Below are positions 16,864 to 25,600 of a stretch of DNA of 64,000 nucleotides, in pieces. The stretch spans positions 7,020 through 71,019 of IMG/VR virus record IMGVR_UViG_3300009104_000014; one strand, written 5' to 3'. This stretch comes from a virus. Made by a program: the position numbers and the translations under genes. Under the pieces are notes generated by a model. It saw nothing but the letters and a program-made list of their open reading frames with translations, was not told where the DNA came from and made no database searches. The stretch's first letter is position 1. Every line of letters starts with the position of its first letter.

Positions 16864-19090
16864 GCGCAAGGGCCGTAATAAAATCACTATCCGACGGCGA
16901 CAAGAAGACGGAAAGCGGATAACAGAGGAACATATTTGCCAACCATTCTTCTATGTAGAAGATAATGCAGTCCCCCTACAACACAATGGGGTTTTGCGCT
17001 ATGAAACAGGGCATAAGGGGGTCTATGGTCAACCACTAACTAAGGTATATACCCATACTCCCGAAGACATTTACGAAATAAGGCAAGCATTCCCCCATTT
17101 AGAAACATGGGAAGCAAACATACCGTATGTAAACAGAGCATTAGCAGAGAATGGTTTATTGCCTGATAATTACAACCATAGAACTTGGTATTTAGATTGC
17201 GAATGGTCCGTTAATACAGGGAAACTAACAATCATGGTTGTCTATGATACATTTAGCAACGACTATTTCGTATTCTTTACCCACCCTGATTACGAAGCGG
17301 GATACCATGATACATTTCCTTGTCTAAATCACCCTGATGGTATAACAGAACTTAATCTTAGCAAACCCGCTATTGCCTTCAAGAACGAGAAAGCAATGCT
17401 AAGAGCATTTGCTAAACACTTAAGGAAACAAGACCCCGACATAATTACTGGTTGGAATGTGGTTAATGCGGATATTCAAAAAATCATTAAGAGATTCCAA
17501 GCAAACGGGTTGGACCCAAGAAAATTATCCCCTATCAATAGGATTAGGTATACCTTTGGTGAGTGGGCGCAACCAATAGGTGGTATCAATGTAGTTGATA
17601 TGATGTTATCATTCACAAGATTATGGGTAATGAAGAACGGACAATTACCAAATAAGAAATTAGAAACGGTTGCCTCGGAATGTTTAGGAGAAACAAAGGT
17701 AGAGTTAGCAGACGGACACGATACATATTACTCTGACTTTGGAACATACCTATCGTATGCTATCCAAGATGTGAAATTGTTGCCTAAATTGAACTCATTG
17801 AATAATTGTATAGAACATTACACGGCTATACAACATATCGTTGGTTGCGATATACGAACCACCCCATTTATCACTAAGATTCTAACTGTTCTTGCTCTGA
17901 GAGATAAGGACTTTGACCTAAGAATACCAACCAAACCGCAATTCGACTATGAACCCTATGATGGAGCATCAATAGAAATTAGCAATGCTGGCGTATATGA
18001 GAATGTTGCTATCTTGGATATACAGGCTATGTATCATTCTAATGTTGATTTACACAACATAGGACACGAAACATTAGATAGCAACGGTAAGGATTGTGGA
18101 AACGGCGTATGTTTTAGCCAAGGGAAACCAAGTCTGTTGCTAAGACAAATGAATAAGATGACTACTCTTAGGCAAGAATACAAAGCACAACTTAGACTTG
18201 CTAAAACAGACGAAGAAAGAAGCCGTTATGATGCTTTACAATTTGCTACAAAATCATTGGTTGCTTCTTTGTATGGTGCGGCAGGGGATTCAAAGTATGG
18301 GCTTTATCACCCGAAGGTAGCGGCGGCTATCACATACACATCTCGGATGACTCTCAAAAGATTAAGAACGGAATGCGAGAAGAGGGGGCATGAAGTCCTA
18401 TATTCACACACCGATTCTGCTTTTGTTGTTGTCCCAAACCCCGAAACAGGGTTGCTATTGACTGCCGAATTGAACGAAACAATGAGTCCTATTGTGTGCG
18501 AGTTCGAGAAATGGTGTTCTGCTATGTTGCTAAAAGCGAAGAATAGGTATGCTGGTTTAGTAGAGTGGACCGATGGTAGACAACATGATGTTGAATTATA
18601 TGTTAAGGGGATTGAATTAAAGCAAGCAAAGATGTTCCCTCTCGTCAAGAACTTGCTAACTTATGTGATTAAATCTATACTGTTAGGTTCCGACCAAGGT
18701 TATGTGACTCGGCAGATAGTAGAAATCATCGAAGATGTGTTGTCTGAAAAATATCCTATAGAAGACCTGTGTATGAAAACGGAACTCAAAAAGGATTTGA
18801 GCAAATACAAGGTTTTGTCGGGTGCATCAGCCGGTGCTAAATGGGCTAATGATAATCTCGGTAAAGGTTATCGCAACGGAAGCACTTTCCTATTGACTTT
18901 GGATAGCAACGGGAAATATATTGCCTTCGATGAACCGAGCGATATAGAGGGGTTTGCTACTGTGGGGTATTACCACATTTTAGAAAGATTCGTAGTAAAG
19001 AAGGTAGAACCATTTTACGAGTTGGCCGAGTGGGATATGCAACCCATATACAATGCTCTACATAGATTACCAACAGTTGGGTTTATATGA
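16853..19090 (+). CDS. polB: family B DNA polymerase with 3'-5' exonuclease
   Basis: ExoI YLDCEW, ExoII GWNVVNAD, ExoIII YAIQD; polymerase motifs DIQAMYHS, KSLVASLYG, YSHTDS, KNRYAG, KGIE. Confidence 0.95.
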   Translation: MIIERKGRNKITIRRRQEDGKRITEEHICQPFFYVEDNAVPLQHNGVLRYETGHKGVYGQPLTKVYTHTPEDIYEIRQAFPHLETWEANIPYVNRALAENGLLPDNYNHRTWYLDCEWSVNTGKLTIMVVYDTFSNDYFVFFTHPDYEAGYHDTFPCLNHPDGITELNLSKPAIAFKNEKAMLRAFAKHLRKQDPDIITGWNVVNADIQKIIKRFQANGLDPRKLSPINRIRYTFGEWAQPIGGINVVDMMLSFTRLWVMKNGQLPNKKLETVASECLGETKVELADGHDTYYSDFGTYLSYAIQDVKLLPKLNSLNNCIEHYTAIQHIVGCDIRTTPFITKILTVLALRDKDFDLRIPTKPQFDYEPYDGASIEISNAGVYENVAILDIQAMYHSNVDLHNIGHETLDSNGKDCGNGVCFSQGKPSLLLRQMNKMTTLRQEYKAQLRLAKTDEERSRYDALQFATKSLVASLYGAAGDSKYGLYHPKVAAAITYTSRMTLKRLRTECEKRGHEVLYSHTDSAFVVVPNPETGLLLTAELNETMSPIVCEFEKWCSAMLLKAKNRYAGLVEWTDGRQHDVELYVKGIELKQAKMFPLVKNLLTYVIKSILLGSDQGYVTRQIVEIIEDVLSEKYPIEDLCMKTELKKDLSKYKVLSGASAGAKWANDNLGKGYRNGSTFLLTLDSNGKYIAFDEPSDIEGFATVGYYHILERFVVKKVEPFYELAEWDMQPIYNALHRLPTVGFI

Positions 19091-19110
19091 ACAAGTGTGG
19101 TGGTAGGGTT

Positions 19111-19392
19111 ATGAGAAGGTTAGAGGGCAGAATGGAAAAATGGTGGGCGTTAAAGTGGATTCGCCAAATGTGGGAAGAAAGAAACCACGAACCATTTACT
19201 ACTGTAGACGCAGAAGATTGGTTAAGAAACAATGTTCACTACGCAAAGAGGATGCGTTGTTCTGCCGCTACCCTATCAGGTAAGTTCAGTAGAAGTAGAT
19301 TTATACAACCTGTTGGTTATACTAAAGTCAGAGGTTTTACGGGAAATACCAGTCAATACAGGACATACGAATGGAGAGATTGTGATGAATAG
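19111..19392 (+). CDS. DUF3860-like winged-helix protein
   Basis: 'EPFTTVDAEDWL...SAATLSGKFSRSRFIQPVGYTKVRG...YEW'; promoter GGGTTTATATG 29 nt upstream. Confidence 0.6.
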   Translation: MRRLEGRMEKWWALKWIRQMWEERNHEPFTTVDAEDWLRNNVHYAKRMRCSAATLSGKFSRSRFIQPVGYTKVRGFTGNTSQYRTYEWRDCDE

Positions 19393-19666
19393 AGAAAAAA
19401 CGACAAAGGAACTTAGCAACGACATTGCTGAACTAACTCAGCATATAGAAAACCTACACAGGGGATTACAAGTAGTTCTCGCGGAAACAAATATCGTATC
19501 TACGCTATTACTACATGACCTAAAGGCGAGGGGCTTGCTTAGACAAGCGAACTGCGTTAATTGTGACTTTTTCAACAATATACCCCTGATAGAGGGTATG
19601 GAAGTTGAGAATGTGGACTGTAGGGCCTGTGGTAAGAGTATAGATGTGAAGGAAGAGGAAGAATGA
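19385..19666 (+). CDS. coiled-coil plus Zn-ribbon protein
   Basis: Heptad N-terminus, CVNC...CRAC. Confidence 0.6.
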   Translation: MNREKTTKELSNDIAELTQHIENLHRGLQVVLAETNIVSTLLLHDLKARGLLRQANCVNCDFFNNIPLIEGMEVENVDCRACGKSIDVKEEEE

Positions 19667-19758
19667 ACGATAGAGTCTGCTCTATCTGTTCGGTAGTCCT
19701 ATACGCAACAGAAAAAAAGGTGTGCAGTCCCTGTAAGAGGAATACAGATGGGGTGTGA
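19663..19758 (+). CDS. 31-aa Zn-finger microprotein (not in ORF track)
   Basis: MNDRVCSICSVVLYATEKKVCSPCKRNTDGV; ATGA overlap. Confidence 0.5.
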   Translation: MNDRVCSICSVVLYATEKKVCSPCKRNTDGV

Positions 19759-20632
19759 TTGTGTTATCCATCCCGATACTGGGGTTTGTATGAAGTGTGC
19801 AACAGACGAGCAGTTGTATGAGTTGTCTTCGTATGACCCCACAGACGAGGGTAAAGTCCTAAGGGTGTCTAAATCATCATTTATGAATTACGAGTATTGT
19901 CCCCGCCAATACTACTGGGATAAGGTCATACTAAAGGATTTGAGAATGCCCCCAAGTGAGGCTATGGTAAGGGGAACTTATGTTCATCAGGGCTTAGAAG
20001 ATTTCTACGAAGTATGGGATGGTCAGCACCACCTAATTCCTTTATTCCCTGAGGATGAAGTGTTTGAAACATTGGCACAATTAGAGCAACGAAGATTAGA
20101 GGAATGGGGTATAGAGCATTTCCCCCCAGTAGAAGCAGAAAAGAAGCGCATCTATTACAATGAAAAATATGATATTGTAATCACAGGTATGATTGATGGT
20201 GTAGTAAGACATGAGGATGGGACTTTAGCAATACTTGAATTGAAAACAGGAAATAGCAACGAAAGTAAAATCTCTAAAACTCGAAAAGAATTGTGCTTCT
20301 ATAGGATGGTTCTTAACGACATGGATGGGGAGTTAGCAACCCGATTCATTTATGTCCTTCCCGACGCAACAGATTCAAAGTTATTACAATCTCTTTTATC
20401 AAAGAAAAGTAAAACCGTTTGGGTAGGTAAGGAAGCGGGAATTACTATGGTTGAAAAGGTTAATAAGAGAAGTGTATCATCTTTTGAATCCCGCTTCGAG
20501 GGATTTCTTGAGCGTATCAGGAACCATGAGTGGGAAATGAATTGGGATGATTGGAGATGCCCTCAATGGTGTTCTTTCAATATGTCTTGTGAAGAAGAAA
20601 TAGCAGGTGTGGGTTTTGATGATACAATGTGA
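19748..20632 (+). CDS. Cas4-like PD-(D/E)xK exonuclease
   Basis: 'SKSSFMNYEYCPRQY', G..VH, 'GMIDGV', 'ELKTG', C-terminal CPQWC...C (Fe-S ligand pattern). Confidence 0.85.
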   Translation: MGCDCVIHPDTGVCMKCATDEQLYELSSYDPTDEGKVLRVSKSSFMNYEYCPRQYYWDKVILKDLRMPPSEAMVRGTYVHQGLEDFYEVWDGQHHLIPLFPEDEVFETLAQLEQRRLEEWGIEHFPPVEAEKKRIYYNEKYDIVITGMIDGVVRHEDGTLAILELKTGNSNESKISKTRKELCFYRMVLNDMDGELATRFIYVLPDATDSKLLQSLLSKKSKTVWVGKEAGITMVEKVNKRSVSSFESRFEGFLERIRNHEWEMNWDDWRCPQWCSFNMSCEEEIAGVGFDDTM

Positions 20633-20774
20633 AGAATGCGACTCAGCAGATTTTGAGGACATAGAATCCTATGTTCAAGTGACCGGACAGGAAGAAAACC
20701 CAACCTTGGAAGTTATCACGGCTAAATGCCGCATTTGCGGACATAAAGGTGTGATAGAAACGAGGGTGGTTTAA
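20619..20774 (+). CDS. 51-aa Zn-ribbon protein, TFS/TFIIS-C-like (not in ORF track)
   Basis: CEEC...QVTGQEENPT...KCRICGH. Confidence 0.5.
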   Translation: MIQCEECDSADFEDIESYVQVTGQEENPTLEVITAKCRICGHKGVIETRVV

Positions 20775-20776
20775 CC

Positions 20777-21784
20777 GTGTTGCTATCTTTCCCCCGACAA
20801 ATAGGGCTAAAGAGAGCCTTATGTCTTACTGAAAACGACTTTAACCAATATATCAGTAGGCTTAGAAACCTATCATCCACATACACCAGTCTGTATGCGT
20901 TTGATAATCTACTTGATGAAAGAAAGGTAGATTATGATTCAGCAATTATGGATAGGGCTTGGTGGGATTTTGATATTACACATAATCTAACTATGGACCA
21001 AGTAAAGAGTGATGTTGCTAATTTGATAAATCGTTTGGATGGAGATGTTAGAGCCGTTGCTACGGGAAGAGGATTTCATGTTCACCAATTTTTCGATAAG
21101 CCAGTAATTGGTAGGGATTGGGCTACAAAGTTAGATTCTTATGAAAAGAAGATGGCCGAAGGCTTGGTATCATTAGATGGTGTGGGCTACCCTGAAAAGT
21201 TAGCAAGAGTCCCCGACACATATAACCCAAAGAGGGGTAGGTGGGCCGTCACAATTGACGCAAGAGCATTTGCTCAAGACCCCTTCGGCTATAAGATACC
21301 AAAAATACCGGACCCAACAATAAGTCATCTCAACCCTTTTAATGGGGTTCCATTGACTGAAAGAATCAGTCTTACCAAGTGGTGTAGGGATAACAAACAT
21401 CTATTTGAAACCCCTACAGAAGCCTCTACGACGCTCCCTGACGACTTCAACCCCTCTCAAGGTATGGTCCCCTTGCCTACCTGTTTAGAGAGGGCTATAC
21501 GGGTGTCTAATCCCCCTCATCATGTGCGTGTTGCGCTCGGCCAACACATGGCGGCTACCCTTAGATGGTATGCCGACCCTGAGGACTTAACGGCCGAACA
21601 GACGCAATTTATTGAGGATGAGATTTGCTCTTTCATATCTACCCTGAACTGGTCCGACTACAAACCAAGCGTGACCCGAAAAGCAGTTAAGTCACTACTG
21701 AAATACAAACGCTACCCGTCGCCGGTTTGGTATAGAAAGAATAATTTGTGTGACGGCAAAGGTTGTTGGTATTGTGGTAATTAG
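20777..21784 (+). CDS. priS: archaeo-eukaryotic primase, PriS fused to a PriL/PriX-like C-terminal domain
   Basis: 'WWDFD', 'TGRGFHV', 'LARVPDTYN'; C-terminal 'LPTCL...NPPHHVRVAL...W.DY...T' and Cys cluster. Confidence 0.85.
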   Translation: MLLSFPRQIGLKRALCLTENDFNQYISRLRNLSSTYTSLYAFDNLLDERKVDYDSAIMDRAWWDFDITHNLTMDQVKSDVANLINRLDGDVRAVATGRGFHVHQFFDKPVIGRDWATKLDSYEKKMAEGLVSLDGVGYPEKLARVPDTYNPKRGRWAVTIDARAFAQDPFGYKIPKIPDPTISHLNPFNGVPLTERISLTKWCRDNKHLFETPTEASTTLPDDFNPSQGMVPLPTCLERAIRVSNPPHHVRVALGQHMAATLRWYADPEDLTAEQTQFIEDEICSFISTLNWSDYKPSVTRKAVKSLLKYKRYPSPVWYRKNNLCDGKGCWYCGN

Positions 21785-21806
21785 AGAAAGCGAAGAATGT
21801 AGAATA

Positions 21807-21914
21807 ATGGTAAGTTGCCCCTTTTGTGGTAGCCACAAGGGGTTTGTGGAAGTTCATGGTTCCAAAGCGTGTCTAAACTGTAAAACAAAGGTAGTTGGTT
21901 GTTGCGGGGATTAG
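21807..21914 (+). CDS. 35-aa Cys-rich Zn-finger microprotein (not in ORF track)
   Basis: MVSCPFCGSHKGFVEVHGSKACLNCKTKVVGCCGD. Confidence 0.55.
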   Translation: MVSCPFCGSHKGFVEVHGSKACLNCKTKVVGCCGD

Positions 21915-21950
21915 CAACCATTGATTAAGGCGTAATAAAGTCGCAGTAGT

Positions 21951-22670
21951 GTGGTAGTCTACATAGACGATAGAGAGAACCCCGCGCTCATACATTTGTT
22001 GTTAGGTAGATTAGGAGATGCCGAATTATCCAGCAAGGGTGCTGGTAAGGTAAAGAGATTAGCAACGGGCGACTATGTGATAGGTAGTTGGGGCGTAGAA
22101 GCAAAGGAGATAAACGACCTATACCGCTCTATTTTGGGTATAGGAAGGAATAGAAATCTAACCCAACAGTTAGCAGACCTCTGCGACGCATACGAATACC
22201 CCATTTTAGCAGTATATGGTAGCCAATTAAAACCCTATTTCACAAGGGGGACCAGCAAGAAAACGGTTGCTCAAGAAGTAATGAAGATGAAAGGTGTTAT
22301 TCGTAATTTCAAATTAAATCTGTATGCTCGTTTCCCCAAAGTTAGATACATTGAGTTCGCTACTATGGAAGATTATGTGGATTGGATAGTCACATCACAT
22401 ACTAAATTAACTATTAGCAAGGCCATAGCAACCCAAAAAAGGATACGAAGAAGTGGAGATTTTTCTGAGGATTATAGGGCCGTGATGTTAGCAACAATCC
22501 CCGGAGTCACCTTAGATTCTGCTCATGCGTTGCTAAAGGAGTTCGGTTCTTTGAGAAATCTGTTGCTAAAGAAGACGAACAAAAAAGCACTTACAAAAGT
22601 AAGGGGGATTAGCAACCCTACTGCTGAAAGAATACTCTCAATCAGAGAGGACTATGAGGATAATCAGTAA
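21951..22670 (+). CDS. ERCC4/XPF-family nuclease with C-terminal HhH (probable resolvase)
   Basis: 'IDDRE', 'LATGDYVI', 'VEAKEINDL..S', two HhH motifs 'IPGV' and 'VRGIS'. Confidence 0.88.
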   Translation: MVVYIDDRENPALIHLLLGRLGDAELSSKGAGKVKRLATGDYVIGSWGVEAKEINDLYRSILGIGRNRNLTQQLADLCDAYEYPILAVYGSQLKPYFTRGTSKKTVAQEVMKMKGVIRNFKLNLYARFPKVRYIEFATMEDYVDWIVTSHTKLTISKAIATQKRIRRSGDFSEDYRAVMLATIPGVTLDSAHALLKEFGSLRNLLLKKTNKKALTKVRGISNPTAERILSIREDYEDNQ

Positions 22671-25600
22671 GGTTTGAACTTTTTGGCCTGTGATATAGAG
22701 GGGTTTGTTGCTCTTCTTGTAGCAAGTGATACATTATGTATCCTCAATGCTCTGTATTTAGCATCATCGCTACCAGTTCCGGGGTTTCTACTAATTGTTA
22801 TCTTTAAGTTGCTACCAGCAGTTGCTCCCTTTATTTTCTGAGAAAACAAAGTGTATTCTTTCCTATCGGCAGAGCCGGAAGCAATGGTCTTAGTAGTAGT
22901 AGCGTAATAATCGTTTTCTTCTGACTCTACTTTGGTAGTCATAACTGCGTTTTGTGCCGCCGTTTGTTTCTTGCCATCAAGAGTGACTTTCGCTTTGATG
23001 GTCACATAAGAATCCAAAGCATCACTCGGTATTCTAACAGAAAATGTCTGTTCGTGTTTCAACCCTGCTCTATCTTCCCCATCAGAGTTAATATAGACCC
23101 CCGGCAAAACGAACCCATCACTACAATTAACACTACCGCTACCGCTTGCTATAGAATCGAACCCGTCTATGGTGCTATTAGCAGAAGAGGATTTGCCTAT
23201 CTTCTTTTGGCCGAGAATACCCCACTCGGCCTCGCTACTTGTGCCATCCCCTGTGAACTCCGTTCTACCGGTCATTCTGCTCATAGTGGTCGAACTAAAT
23301 GTGTTAATGCTTTGCCCTTCATCTCTTCTTCCGCCTTCTTTGTTGGGAGAGGATGGTCCTTGCCCTTGGGGTTGTGATGGTTGGAACATCTGTTGCCCCT
23401 CTCCATCTTGAACTCCGGTTGTAGGTTTACCGTCTTTGAATAAGGATGCTAATGTCTTCTTGAAGCGAGATTCATTTCTCTCTAATGCTAATTTCAAAGA
23501 GGGTTCTCCTTGGTGAGTTCTACTATAGGCTAATCCTTTAATTACCATATTTTGAGATGTTAAATCTAAATTAGCATCTGTTATTGTTAGATTTGTAGAT
23601 GGATAATAGGCCATATCATCAACAATATGTAATCTCGGTGCATACCATATCAGCCTATCATCTGATATACCACCTTCGTTTGAGTATTCTCTAAACCCTA
23701 ATGGGAACAATGACCTTGCATCAAGTGTGCTAAATGTTGAAAGGCCCGTAATACTATTAGCATTTTTGATTTGGTCGCCACATCTGTTTCGTAAAATTGC
23801 TCTTAGGTATTCTGCATTTACCGAAATAATCATTTTAGAACCTGCTGGTGCGCCATAGGTAGATGGGAATGCTAATTCATAAAAACCACTACCGAAAACA
23901 CTTACTGAACTATCTGATTTGTATGTAGGGGTAAACTGAGAAGGGGAACCAGTATTAGCAAAGGAATAATCTATTGCGTGAACAGTAAAGACCGCATCAT
24001 CGGCACTTGTTCCACTTGCTACACTAATTCCCATCCTTAGTTCTGACCCCCAATTAGCACTTACGCTTGGAACATCTTTTGGGATATGAACTATTTGCAT
24101 AGCATGAGATAAACTTCTTGACCCGTAATTATAGTAGGATTCATCAGCATTATATGTCTTAATGTATTCTATGTTTTCTTGGGTATCTGAAACACCATCT
24201 AAACTGGTCACATAAAGTGTTATTGAATGACCACCTGCTGATATAGTAATTACTTTGTTTTGGTTAGCACCTAAACTGGGGTCGCCCAATACATGGCTTC
24301 CCGTAGCAGAAGTATCAGAAGAATCCTTAAACCAATCTATAGTATTCGCAGAAGTCCGCCACTTTAATTTACCATTATTACCTACCGTTTGGTTAGTTCC
24401 TAATGGAGTTAAGTTAATTGCTAAAGGAGTAGTTCTATCATTGTAGATAGCACTTACCACCGCAGTTCCCGTATCAGAACGACTAAATCTACCATCTAAA
24501 GCATTGCACATCCCCGGATATGGAATACCACCGAACAGAGAAGTCCAAGAACAAGCATACTTCTTATATCCGGTTAAATCTAATGTGACGACTGCGGGGT
24601 CTGCAATATACCCATGTTTACCACCTGAAAATAATGCGTCTGTTTCTGTGCCACTACCGATTAAATCCACATTAACAGTAAATGCGCTTGTTTGATTCAT
24701 TTCATATTCTTTCTTTGCTAATGCTAATGCTTCTGTTTTACTTCGCACTCTTGATAGGTCTAATATCTTCCATCTTGCTTCTAAGCCTGTTGTTGGAGTA
24801 GGATAATCTACAAATGATTTATTGCCATCGTAATATGCCCTAACATTCGTGACTATACCGGTTGCTTCTATTGATAAATTAGCATTCTTCATGTTGCTTC
24901 TTGTTAAAGTAATACCGGTATTGTAGGATGGTCTGTAATCATATCTTCCATCTCTACCCACTACTCTTGTAAAGGTTTTAGTAGTGCCACTCGAACCCGA
25001 ACCGCTATTTCTTCTCACAATATCAACTGCTCCAGCAAAAGTAGTCGCCCTCAGGTCACTAACACTTCCATAATCTTCATAATCGGTTCCACTATGACCA
25101 ACCTGAGTGTTAGTCATGCTTTTTGTAATAGGCACATTGTTAATATCTACTATAGCAGAAAGGTGAGAGTTCCGAGTCCAACTATCTAATGTGGCAATGT
25201 TTTGTAAGAGTCTAATTTTATCATTTTCAAAATATGTTCCTATGTTTTTATCTTCTACAAAACCTTCCAAGTTCATTAGCAACCTTAAACCATATAATGC
25301 GGCTGGTGTATTGTAGACAACTATTGAATCATAACCTTCTTCGGTGCTATTCTCTTCATCAAACATAATTTGTATTTGGCTACCTGTGGACCAAAGCCCT
25401 GAATCTTCATCTAAAAATGCTCTTATGCTTACTGGGTCCGTATTTACATCACCATATCCTTGAACATACACATTAGTTAGTGTATTTGTATTTGCTATTA
25501 CTCCATTCCATCTAAGAGCAAATAGATATTGTTCATTTTTCTTCGTTGCTAAAATTACACCATACCCGTCAACACCTGAGCCTAAATTAAAGTGGGTAGC

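Noticed and set aside
19748-20632. Cas4-like gene as evidence of a CRISPR-Cas system
   Set aside because: No cas1/cas2 or array in the window; stand-alone Cas4-like nucleases are common in archaeal virus replication modules
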